The position numbers were made by a program, and so were the translations under genes. From positions 620,001 through 684,000 of the forward strand of contig OY253681.1 in assembly GCA_958009085.1 (NCBI GenBank): 64,000 bases of DNA, in the 5' to 3' direction. This DNA is from Protoeuglena noctilucae (taxonomy: Eukaryota). This document shows positions 1-13,621 of the stretch, in pieces. The notes beneath the pieces were generated by a model. The model was not told the origin of the DNA, made no database searches, and worked only from the letters and a program-made list of their open reading frames with translations. Numbering within the stretch: the first letter of the stretch is position 1; each line of letters begins with the position of its first letter.

Positions 1-302
1 GCGTGGGGGCGGCTCTCGGGGCCCATGTGGAGTTGAGCGCAGTGCAGATCGAGCGGGCGGCCAGCTTCGGAATCGAGTGCTACGATTCCGGCAGCCAGGT
101 GGCCGTCTCCTTGGGCACCGTGGCCCATGCGGGGGACTCGGGGGTGCACTGCGAGCGGGGCGGGCGCGTCACGCTGTCGGGCACCGTGCTGGCGGACTGC
201 GCTCGCTGGGGTGTGTACACTGTAGGCAGACAGAGCGTGGTGGTGCAGGACAGCGTGACCTTCGCCCGCTGCGGCAAGGGGGTTACCCGCACAGTTCGCT
301 GA
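1..302 (+). CDS. 3' end of a right-handed beta-helix (pectin-lyase-like) repeat protein, truncated by the window start
   Basis: Open frame to TGA at 300-302. It has repeated G-[VI]-x-C / V-x-L-x-x-x-x-[VIL] units (FGIECYDSGSQVAVSLGTVAH; SGVHCERGGRVTLSGTVLADC; WGVYTVGRQSVVVQDSVTF) typical of beta-helix rungs. Confidence 0.55.
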   Translation, partial: VGAALGAHVELSAVQIERAASFGIECYDSGSQVAVSLGTVAHAGDSGVHCERGGRVTLSGTVLADCARWGVYTVGRQSVVVQDSVTFARCGKGVTRTVR

Positions 303-562
303 GCTGAGGGGAAGCTGGATTGATTCGGGCCTTCCACGGTCGGGCAATGTCCTGACGTTCTCGAGTTCTGGTGTGCAAGGCTGTCGTCTCCTATTGCAAT
401 ACCAGGGACGTCATCTGCCTTATACGTCATACTGCTTGAAGAAACGTGATTGGCTCACGTCATGTTGTCTGGCACTGCTCGGTCACAGCAACAGGGGCAT
501 ATTGAAGACTGGATGCTCTGGTACGCATTTCAACCGGGTGAGAAATAGCTATGACATGCGGA

Positions 563-1534
563 TCACTTGACGCCGTCCTCGCCACCCGAGAGGGCGTGAA
601 TGAGGTGCCGCAGCAGCGTCGTGAGGTGCTTGCGCATGTTGAAGCTCTCCCGGATCAAGAACGCCACGTCCGAGTTGACGACCTTGAGCTCCTGCAGACA
701 GGGCCGGAGAGGCTATTGACCCATCGACAGCAGGCCTGGGTGCCTGCCCTGCGGCCCTATTCGCTCCTGCCCTCGCCTGGCGGAGGAGCGAGTACCCCGA
801 AATGAGCACCGGCGCCCCGTTGATGGCCAGGTTGGCCGCAACCAGCGCCGCCAGGGGCACCAGGGTGAGGAACATGCCCCCCAGGCGGCCCATAACCGAG
901 AGACGGTTGCTCATGAACGTCCGGCCGTGGATGAAGCGGCCGCCTGCGAGCGTGAGCAAGCGCCGACGGTCAGCGAACGCGTTCGGCTAACAATCACCGC
1001 GGGGGAGAGCGCGCGCTGCTCACTGATGAAGACGGCCGATGCCAGGGCGAGGTAGATGGTGCGGACGACCCCCTGGTACTGCGCGAGAGGGCGACGGGCG
1101 GCTCATCAGAGCGGGACTGGCGAGCGAGCGAGTTGAAGAATGACTGCACGAGCGGGGCTTGCCTCGGCGATGAAGAGCGTGAGGAGGAACATGGGTGTGT
1201 ACTCGGCGAAGTTGCCGTGCGCGCGGATGCGGCGCCCCATCAGCTTGTCGCCGCCATCCCTGCGACACGCGCGAGCAAATGTAGGTTGTTGTCGCCGTGC
1301 CGCGGCCAAACAAAGCATCAGCCGCCCTAAGAATCCCTCGCGGCAACGAACTCGCCCGTACGCAATCGCCTTGGCCCTCCGCGTGCGGATCACCACCAGG
1401 GAGAGGATAAGGAACCACACTCCCAGCACAGATGCCGTGAACGAGGTCACGGGGAGCGCATGGAAAGCGCGGAAGTCGACGGCCTGCGCGCAGGACTTTG
1501 TGATGTTGGCCGATGGCTGCAGCCTGGGGCGCAT
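563..1534 (-). CDS. MAPEG-family membrane protein (YecN-like), 5 exons
   Basis: Spliced: ..LPVTSFTASVLGVWFLILSLVVIRTRRAKAIAYG|DGGDKLMGRRIRAHGNFAEYTPMFLLTLFIAE|YQGVVRTIYLALASAVFI|SGRFIHGRTF...YSLLRQ|ELKVVNSDVAFLIRESF...GVK*. RAHGNFAEYxP and GRxxH are MAPEG signatures. The start codon is uncertain. Confidence 0.85.
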
Positions 1535-2090
1535 GCCGTTGGCTTCTTCGGCCACTCTTCGGTCCACCCATCCAGACCGCGCTCAGAGCGATACTTGGCC
1601 GAGTCGGGAGGGCACGAATTACGGCCGGAGAAGGCGCGAGTCGCCCCCCGCACACTGCAAGCCGAGATGACACGCCAACAAGTCGATCGAGGTCGCGCCG
1701 CCTCACCATACCCGACGAGCCAGCAAACACTCGTCCTGCGACAGCAGGGACCCCCTCTTCACCGCCTCAAATGCTGACCACCCCGTGCTTGATCCACTGA
1801 AGGCACAGGCCTCTCTCGCGATCCCCGCTGCAGATCCTGGCGAATGGGCAAGCAAGTGGTGGCGCACGCAAGCTCCAGGACGCTTCCAAAACGCGTGGTC
1901 AGAAAGTGGTGTCGGTGTCATTACACTCGGCGAAGCAGATGTCCAGTTGTCAGCTGCTTGCCCGCCAAATACTCGCTTTGAAGTCGAGACGGCCACAGAC
2001 TGGCCTCCGACTGCTGCAATACTTAATCTGGAACACGTTTGGCTTCCTTGCCCCTCCTCGCTGGGCTGTGCAGCGCTCCTCGAATCAAAG

Positions 2091-4531
<2,441 letters not shown>

Positions 4532-5128
4532 TATATACCCTATACAGGGCAGGGCGACACAATGACCTCGTTGCGCTGGCACGATGGCGATGTCTGCCAT
4601 GCTGGCTACTAGATTTGAACGCCGGCATTCTGCTGACGAATTATTGACTCTCACTCCTGCGTCCGGCGCCTCCCCACCTCGCGGATACGTCCTGGAGACC
4701 ATACTTAACCATACTTAATTATCAGGTGAAGCGCAGAAACACCTCAAGTCCCCGCAGGTATGCGTGTCCAACCAGCTTGCTAGCACGCATCCCATGTTTC
4801 AGCTCGCGTTGTGCATGCAGATTGTCCGACCGCGCACGAAGGAGACGAAGGGGCTTGTCCATGCACGGCAGTCATCGATTTGCGCTGAAAGCTCAGTGCT
4901 TGTGACGAGCTCTCATGGAATCACCACGTGTGAACGTGGGGGCCGTGGAGCGCAGGTGTGTGCGGGCCATCGGCGCAACTTTCCTGCCGTCTGGGTCGAT
5001 CCATTGACATGGCCCGCCAATCGCATCCATCGAGCCGCAGATCGCCGAGCGCGACTCATCGTGGACGCCGCTTTCTGCCGCTGTTCGTGTCGGGGGGGCA
5101 GCGGGAAAAGAGCCGCAGCGCCGCCAGG

Positions 5129-5548
5129 ATGCCCACGAGTTTGCCATCGGCGTTGACAAATCCCGTCCTGGGATGGTTCAGCGTGGCCGTCGGGGGGGCC
5201 GTCGGTGCTGTGGCGCGCTACGGAGTGAGCATGGCCTTCGACCCGTGGCTTCAGCTGTTCCCCTTCGGCACGCTGGTCTGCAACGTGATTGGGAGCTTTG
5301 TGATCGGCATCGGCGCGGGCGTCTGGAAGCAGGAGGCCCGCAAGACCTTCTACGCCCTGTTCTTAATGACGGGGTTCTGCGGTGGCTTCACGACCTTCAG
5401 CACGTTCAGCCTGCAGACGCTGGACCTGATCATGAAGAACAAGTGGGGCCGAGCCTTTGCTAACATGGTCGGTTCCGTGGCGGTCTGCATCCTCTTTACC
5501 TTCTTTGGCATGCTCATAGGCGACGCGATACGCGAAGCAGGGTCTTAG
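5129..5548 (+). CDS. crcB: Fluoride channel Fluc/CrcB, single domain, CDS without introns (139 aa)
   Basis: GGAVGAVARY, FPFGTLVCNVIGSFVIG and TGFCGGFTTFSTFSLQT are canonical Fluc motifs. There are four hydrophobic helices. ATG 5129, TAG 5546-5548. Confidence 0.95.
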   Translation: MPTSLPSALTNPVLGWFSVAVGGAVGAVARYGVSMAFDPWLQLFPFGTLVCNVIGSFVIGIGAGVWKQEARKTFYALFLMTGFCGGFTTFSTFSLQTLDLIMKNKWGRAFANMVGSVAVCILFTFFGMLIGDAIREAGS

Positions 5549-5583
5549 TTCAAAGTGAAGCCACAACACAAAGTCACACGCCT

Positions 5584-8500
5584 CTACCGCTTGCGGCGCA
5601 TCGCCCGCACCGGTGGCTTTGCAGCGCCCAAAGTGAAGCCCCCTTGCCCACCAAACGCCCCGGAATTCCCCGTCTGACTGTCGGACTGAGCGGGCCCGCC
5701 CTGGCCAAACGGCCCGCCCGGCTGCCCCATCGCAGCACCCGCCCCGAAGGCGAACCCCCCGTTGGGCGCGCCAAAGCCCGGAGCTGCTGCGGGGGCACCC
5801 GCGCCGGACTGCGGGCCACCGGGCGCCTGCTGCTGCTGCCCGAACTGTGGCGCTGCGGCACCAGGGGCAGCAGAGCTGAAAGCGTTGGTAGCAGACGCAA
5901 AGCCGAACGGCCCCGCAGGAGCAATGGCCCCGAATGGCCCTGTCGAGGCGGCTGCGCCAAACGGCGCTGTGGAGGCAGTCGCCCAGAACGGCCCCGCAGG
6001 AGCAGTGGCTGCGACCGACGAAGACGACACGGCGGGGGCCGAGGTCGCAGCTGAGCCAAAGCCAAAGGGGTTCGACGCCGGCGCGGGTGCCGATGCGGCA
6101 CCGAAGGGGCCCGCGGAGCTGGCCGGCGGTGCCGTGCTGGACGACCCAAAGCCCGCGAACGCCGGGAAGGACGGCGCCGGCGCACTGGACTGGCCCAGCT
6201 GCAGCTGCGTGGAGCCTGCCCCCCCGAACACGAACGGCGTCGTGGCCTGGTTGCCGTACAGGCCCCCGGAGACCGCAGGCTGCGAGGTCGAGGCCGTGCT
6301 TGCCCCGAACACGAAGGGCGTGGACGAGGCAGACGCAGAGCCGAAAGAGAAGCCCGTTCCGGACCCTGGCGCCGCCCCGGAGGCGCTGGCAGCTGGGGCG
6401 CCGAACGCGAAGCTTGGCGCACTGCCCGAGGACCCAGGCGCTGCCGCCAACACACAAAGACCGGGCGGCGCCTCCTTCCCGGACGCGCCAGCTGCCGACG
6501 CGAGCCCCGCAGATGCCGCGGGGGCGGCCCCACAGGTGAAGGGCTGAGAGGCGGCCGCCGAGGATGCGCCAAAGGAGAACACCGGGGCAGAAGTCGTCTG
6601 GGGTGCAGACGCAGACGGGGCGCCAAACGAGAAAGCGCCCGCGCTCCCGGCAGCGGTGCCCCCGACGGCGAACGGCGACGAGGGCGCCTGCGAAGCGCTG
6701 GCAGCGGTCCCGGCACCGAAGGGCGCAAGGGACGCGCCCGTGCCGTTCGAGGTGCTGTTGGTTCCGGACCCAAAGACGCCAGCGGAAGCCCCGAATGCGA
6801 AGGCGGGCGCTGCGGCGGACGACGCCGACCCCGAGGCGACGCCGCCTGACGACCCGAAGCCAACTCCACCCGTCGACGCTGCCCCAAAGCTGACACCGCC
6901 CGTCGATGCGGACCCAAAGCTGATGCCGCCGGTCGATGCTGACCCAAAGCTGATGCCGCCGGTGGACGCTGACCCGAAGCAAATGCCGCCCGTCGATGCT
7001 GACCCAAGAGACGGACCCGTGGCCGTGGCCGGCTGGGATGCTCCAAAGACCGGTGCGGATGCCGTGGTTCCGGCAGAGGTGGCCCCGAACTGGAAGCCCC
7101 CAGCTGCTGCCGCGCCAGACGTCGCCCCAAAAGAGAAAATGCCAACGGAAGGGCCGGAGGTGCCCCCGGTCGGTGCGGCAGAGGACGTGGGGCCCGACGG
7201 GGACGGGCCTTGCGACGCCGCCGTTGCCGACCCCGCCTGGCTCGCCGGGAACGCGAACGCTGTCGTCAAGGGGGCTCCCGTGCCGAATTGGAAGCCCCCG
7301 GGAGCCGCGGAGGACCCGGCGGGTGCAGCGCCAAACGTGAACGCCTGCGCCGTGGATGGACCAGCAGTGGAGGTCGCCGGCGCAGATGTGGAAGCGGCTC
7401 CGGGACCAAACCCAAAGAGGTTGCCGCCCGCAGGTCGCTGCGGCTCGGTTGCCGGCGTGGTTTGGACGCCCCCGGTGGTGGCTGCGGTGGCCGCGGCCGT
7501 CGACGTGCTCGTCTGGGGCTGGGACGTGACGGCGGGAGCAGCGGCGGTGGCTGGAGCCCCGAACGAGATTGAAGGTGGTTGCGACGCGGGTTGGTCAGAC
7601 AATAGGCGAGCCTGCAGGGCATCAAGTGGAGGCGGACACATGAGGGCTCATCAAGATGCTCGACACACGCAACCCATCCGGTGCTGATATGCGCAACGTA
7701 CAAACGATCGCGGCGGACCATCTCCGAGAGCACTGCACCATGCAAGGCCCTTCCAAGCACAGATGCATGTGCATCTCACCTCGGCCACTCCCGCCGTCCC
7801 CTTGGTCCCGGCTTGCTCGCCAGCGGGGCCTTCTTTCCGCCCTTCCTGCTGCGTCCCGGTGGCGGCTGCGGCCTTGGCGCCACCAAAGCTGAAGGTTGTC
7901 GCGGGCGCGCCTGCACTGGCCCCGAACGTGAAAGTGGACGTCGACGCTCCCGACGCTGCCGAGGCCGCGCCGAACATGAAGGAGCTTGCCGCAGGGGCGG
8001 AACTTGACGCAGGGGCAGGCGTGGATGCAGGGACGGCCCCGGACGCCGATGCGAACGAAAGCGGCGGTGCCCGGGCCGCCCCACGGTCGTCCGCTTCCGC
8101 GTCGCGGGCGGCGGGAGCCTCGATGCTTCGCCGCGCGTCGTCGCCGAAGCGGAACCGCGGCGGCTTGTCGAGCGGCGACGGCGCCACTCCCGCCGTGGCC
8201 CGCGCCACCGCTGCGTCCTCCGGGGTGGCCTCCCTGGCAAAGCTGAACGAGGGGCGCTGAGCCATTGAAGGGCCCGCGTCCTCTTCCGACTGCAGGAGAG
8301 CGCAGATGCGGGCCGAGGGTGAGCTGCATGGGGTGAGGCGACCCCACCGCAGGATCGGCGTTGCAACGATGACTTGACCCTCAGCACAGGCATCTTAAGC
8401 CACGGCTGAGATACATGCCGTCCACCCACCTCGCCATCGGCACTGATGCTGCCGCTGTCGTCCTTGTCCCCACTGGGCGTCCCCGACCCCGTCCCACCTC

Positions 8501-11054
8501 CCTCGCTCTCCGACTCTGTGCCTAGATTCGAGCCCTTGGCCACGAGAACCGCCTCCTGCAAGGAACCACGAGGTCAGTGCAACTCAGCACCGTCCCATAC
8601 GACCCACCACCCCACACACAGCAGCCACGCCATCCATGCGCGCCCAAGTCTCCACCCAGCTACGCTTCACCTCCGTCTCGGGCGCCAACGCGCGGCTCAG
8701 AGGTCCCTGGGATCCACGGCCTTGAGGCGCGACATCCGCCCCCGCCTTCCCCGACACCGCCGGCGCGGTCCCCGTCTTACGCACGGGCTCCTCATCGTCA
8801 CTGTCGATGGAGAACACCACGCCGCTTTTGGTCCCGCGCCCCGCGTCCTGCCATGTCTTTGCCCCACCGTCCCGACCCCCCTTCTCTGCCCCGCGTGCGC
8901 CCGCGCCCGGCCACAGTCGTGGGGACGCCGCCCGCGTGAAGCCCTCCTGCTGCACGTCGAACTGGAACTCGCGCGCCACGGGGCCGTCCCCCGGCACCTC
9001 CCGCGACGCTGCTGCTGGCGCCGGTGCCCCCGCCGTGGCCGCCGCTTTGGTCGTGGCCGCAGCTGTGGGCGCTGCTGCTGCTCCCGCACCCGCCCGCCCC
9101 GCCGTCGCGCGCTCCGCCGCGAGCTCCAAAGGAGACGGGTGCCCGGGAGGCCGCGTGGACGCCCCCACGCGGCTCCCCGCCAGCAGCCCCGGGCGCGCGG
9201 GGGCCGCCCCTCCCTCGTCGTCGTCCAATGACTCCACGGGCGGCGCCATCGGCCGCGGCCTTGACAGAGCCGCGGGGCGCTCCCCCGGCGTCGCGAGGTC
9301 CAGCCGCGCGGGTGTCGCGGTGGCAGGCCCCGCGTGGTCCAGCTCCCGCAGCGCTTTGAGGATCTTCTGCGCCGTCTCGGTTGCGTTGCGGGGCGGCGGC
9401 GGGACTGCAGCCGCGGTGCGCGGGCGCGGAGGGAGGGACGTACTTGATCCGCCCGGGAAGGTCGGCGCGGGGAGGGCGGGGGTCGTGGCGCCGTCCAGCA
9501 CCCCCCGGGGCCTGGGGGCGGCAAAGGGAGCGGCAGAGGTGAGAGGCGGACAGAAGTCGTGGGCGGGCCGGGGCAGCAACGGGGTCGCCCAACGGGCACA
9601 GCCGAAAGAGAGATCGCAAGCCAATCATAAAAAGACTGGCATTGCAATCAACTAGCCTACAAGCGCGCCGGGCGAGCCTCACTTGACGCGTCGCACGAAG
9701 GCGGCGGGCGCAGCGTGGGTGTTGGCGGAAGCCAGGGCGCGCAGTCCCTCCCCGGGGGGTCCATGCGCCAGGTATGTCGAGCCTTCCAGGTCCTCCGAGT
9801 CGTCTCGAGGCCGTTTGGCGCCCACAGGGAGCGTCTGCAGGGGGGGTCGCGATGCCACATGTTAGACAAAGCCGCTGCTGTGAGAAGGCTTCATGGCGGC
9901 CTCGTCGCTGCGATGGTGGCGCCACCGCTCACCTGCTGCAGCGGGACGCTAATGGGAGTCCACGACGAGGCCGCAGGGGTGGCCGTCACGCCGAAGCAGG
10001 GCCCCACGGCCGAAGCGGGGGCCGCGAGGCTCCGAATGCCCGCGTACGTGCGGGGAGGGACTGCGACTCGCTGCCGGGATGGCAGCGGCGCGGGGCCAGC
10101 CGTGGCGCGGCTGGGGCCAAAGAGCGTGCCCGAGGCAGGAGCGGCAGCCTCGCTGGCTGGGGACCCACGGCTGAGGGCGCCGGAGGTGGTGGCGGCAGGC
10201 GGCAGGTTGGCCGATCCCGTAGCGGTCCCAGTGATGCGCATCGGGGCCCGCAGGAACGCCGGCGGTGGCGCGGACACGGTCGGGCGCTCCTGGAGCAGAG
10301 ACAACACGGCATCAAAGGTCGACGGTCCCGCGGATGTCCCTGCCAACGCTCCGTTGGCCGCGATGTGCTCCGACGTTCCATTCGCAGCTGCTGTCGGCGG
10401 CGGCGACCGCGCGGGGGGCGGCGTCCGGGCGAAGGGGCGGGAGACGTCGCGTTGCCCGTCCGCTGGCGTGCCCTCCTCTGCGGAGCCATCTCTCTCCTCC
10501 TCGGTCACTTCCGCGTCCTTCGCACCCCAGAAAAAGCTCAGAGAAGGGGCCTGCAGAGCGAGGCGAGGGCAAGGTTGCGAGGGGCGTCTGCAATGGTCGG
10601 CGTCGCTCGTGGGGGCCGTGCTCCCTAGCCATGCGGGGCGGGGCGCCCATCCTGCAGGCTCGCTTGCTATGCAGTGCCACTGCAACCAGTCAAACGCCTG
10701 ACCGACGCACCCCGCGGCCTAGGCGCGGTGCTCACTCCCAGCTCCCGGAAGTGCCGCCGCGCCGATCGCGGCCGGCCCCCCGGCCAGCAGCTTCGATAGA
10801 ATGCGATGAAATGTGCTTTTGCCCGAACTCACCCATCCCCTGGCGCGTCCCAGCGTCTTCTCAACGAGTCCCCCGAGGACCCCTCGCAGACCCCCCGCCC
10901 CCTCGCGCTGGGGCGCACCACCTCTTGACGGTCCCGCTCCCGCTGCGTTCAGGCGCGCATACGGACCGCGGGGGGTGCTCTGCGCAGTGAATCTTTGGCG
11001 GGGAGCCTTCCCAGGCCCCCCTCCCGCCTCCCTTGATGCAGGGCTGGCGGACAT
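5584..11054 (-). CDS. FG-repeat nuclear basket nucleoporin (Nup1/Nup136/Nup153-like), multi-exon
   Basis: The N-terminal EAGGGPGKAPRQR..TPRGPYAR resembles plant NUP1/136 N-termini. It also has a TETAQKILKALRELD segment, many FxFG/PFG repeats, and a basic C-terminus GFTLGAAKPPVRAMRRKR*. Confidence 0.8.
6851..7010. repeat. 30-bp coding tandem repeat (~5 copies) encoding (GISFGSASTG)n in the nucleoporin
   Basis: The unit gacccaaagctgatgccgcc(c/g)gtcgatgct recurs with a 30-nt period. Confidence 0.9.
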
Positions 11055-11667
11055 CGTCCCCGCGAAGCTCCTCGATGAGTACGCACACCCTCACGCACAG
11101 GACGTCAACAGCCTGCCATCGAAGCCGCAATGACGGCGCGAGCACGGCTAGCAGGTCCGCGGGAGGCTCGAAAGCACCGCGAGCAACACTTGGCTTCGCG
11201 TCAACCTCTCCAGCCGGTCCGATGGCTGCCCAAGCTGGCCCTCGTTCCGCGTCGAAGCCAAATGCCCCTTTGACCTGCCCCGGCAGGTCGCAATGACCAC
11301 GGGTCCACTCAGGCCTGAGTCGGGCCTGCCAGCGATGGATGCGCTGGATGCGCGCGATGACACCGACGACACGCGCAGCCACGTGCTGCAATGTGAAGTG
11401 GAGGACTCGAGGGCGTCAACGTGCTCCTTATTGCGGCGTAGAGAGACGAGGGGCGCTAAAGACAGACCAAGGTCCATTTCGAAGCTCCCATCGCAAGCGC
11501 CGACCCTTGCAGCGTGCACGTCGCGAGGATGTCTCGCGCATAGTGTCGAGAGAAGGTTGCGCAGGTATGGTGGCTTGAGACGCAGCGTCGCACGCCCGCC
11601 AGGCTCAGCAGCGCCTTCGGGCTCCTCCCCACGCCCTCACTCGTCGCAACGTCACGCGGTTGCAGAG

Positions 11668-13377
11668 ATGACGCACCAGGGCGTCTCATCGGAGCCATGG
11701 GAGCGTCACACATCTCTGCACAGGGGGGAAGAATCCATCGCAGGTTCCTCCGGTCGACTATCCTTGGCCGTGACGGGAGGCGACCCGCCTCGGCCAGGGG
11801 AGACGCCGCCGCTGCAAAGTAGCCACGAGGGCGCAACCGGCGCTGACATTGTGCGCATCGGTGGCGTGGACATCTACATCCCGGCATGCAAGCGCCCCTG
11901 CAAGCGCCCCTGCCCTGAGCCTGGTGGACGCGCCATGGCTGCGACGGTCGACAGGGATGCGAGGGCCCCGCCTTCGGTTGCGAGCATATCCTCTTCAAAC
12001 AGCTCAAACGGCGGTGGCGGGGGAGAGCGGGAGTTCCATGTGCCTGCGACATCAGAGCTGCACAGGTTCAACAGCATAGCAAGCACGGCTGTGGGTGGCG
12101 CCGGGCGTGGTGGGAAGAGCCGTCCACGCAGTCCCTGCGGAGAAGGGAGCCCCGAACTGCTCGTGGGGATGGCTGGCAAGAGGGAGGGCGACGGTGGGGT
12201 GAAAGCGGCAAGGGCCATTCCAAGCAACGAGTTGTTGGGATCTCGGGGTCTTGCGCCCCTTTCCAAGCCTCGCCTGCGTCAGATGCACCTGGACGCTGGG
12301 CAGCGAGGGTTTGGACCCGCACCATGCCCTCGGTGTGGGATGGTGTACACCAAGGTGACGTGCACGCGGGGTTTGGCCTGTGCCGTGGTCAGAAGATTGG
12401 CAGCCCAACATGGCCAGTGAAATTGGAACCTTTGTTCTCCCGCCTTGCAGGGAGTCCCAGAGGACGAGGCGCTTCATCGCACCTACCACGATCGTGCAGT
12501 GAAGGGTGAGCGTCCCTCGCTACACGTCATGCCCGTTCATGGGGTCACGTCATTGCACAAGCAACACCTGCTTGCTGACCATGCAAAGTCCCATCCGTTC
12601 TCGTGCAGGTCTGAGGGTGACCCTGCCCGGGTGGGCCCGGTCGAGCGCCACACCCCGGCCCGATGGCACGAGCATCCTGGTCGTGTCGCCCACCGACGCT
12701 GCGGCGCGTAAAGGGGGCCAGCTCGCGCGCCTGCTTCAAAGCGTGGCGGGTGTGCGTGCATCTGAGCCGGACACGTGGTTCGTCATCCGCGGAAGGGCGT
12801 CTGGGACCGTGGATGGCGTGCTGGGTTTCCAGCGGTGCCGCCGGGGGGCTCCTGTGAGGGTGCTGCGCCTTGAGGGCAGCGCAGCGGAGCCCGCGGGGCC
12901 CAGGGCGTCTGCGGCATGTCACGGGGAGACGGAGGGAGAGCAGGGTGCGGGCCAGGGGCCGGGATCACTTGGGGGCGTGGGCGACGTGCGTCCTCGTCGC
13001 CCCGTCCTGGTCGTCACGCTGTTGTGGGTGGCGGGGGTGGCAGCGACGGACGAGTGCGTGTTGGGGTGAGAAGGCGCGGAGTGCTGTGGCCCGTCGCTTG
13101 CAGAAACAGGTTCCATGAAGCCCAGTCTTCGATGGGGATTTTCTTCGGCTTTGACTAAACGCGGCAATGGCAGTGATGCAGGTCTCAGCACCGCCCCCGC
13201 AGTCCTGTGCATGAGGCGCTGCTGGACGTCGCTGCAGCCAGCGCCGTCATCAGCTACCGGGCACAACCTGCGGAGGTCGCCTTCAGCCCAGCTCTTCGGG
13301 CCCTGGGAAGGCAGTTCGCGCGCAAGCACGGCCTCCCATGTGCACTGGAGATGGATGCACAGAGCGGGGCCCCTTGA
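11668..13377 (+). CDS. ECO1/ESCO-like cohesin acetyltransferase homologue with a divergent acetyltransferase domain; start uncertain (frame open from 11293)
   Basis: PIP-like LRQMHLDAGQ followed by the zinc finger CPRCGMVYTK|GVPEDEALHRTYH. The last exon (13203-13377) reads PVHEALLDVAAASAVISY...VAFSPALRALGRQFARKH, matching the Eco1 C-terminal LLD..AFS..G..FA pattern. Confidence 0.75.
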
Positions 13378-13621
13378 CATGCTTGGAAAGCAATGATCTA
13401 GTCGGCATTGAATTCTGCGCCCTACATCGGCGAATAGCTCACAAATGCCTGAAGTAGCTTGCTACGTTCCTTCCTAACGATCCCCAGCCCCAGATGACCA
13501 GCTGGCTTCTCCCGCAAGCTGCCAGTCCCGCCGCCCTGTCCCTTCTCGCTACGGTCACGCGTCGCAGTCACAAGCGAACTGCGCCATGATACTGTCTAGA
13601 GTATAAACACATCGGGGCGCA

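Noticed and set aside
4575..4660. Possible fluoride riboswitch upstream of crcB (GGCGATG...GCTGACG)
   Set aside because: The required pseudoknot pairing and spacing are not satisfied. It lies in the DDX49 3'UTR region, about 500 bp from the ATG.
4688..4712. ATACTTAACC resembling the 5' end of U1 snRNA
   Set aside because: It is only a 10-bp tandem duplication (ccatacttaa x2). There is no ACCTGG or downstream U1 structure.
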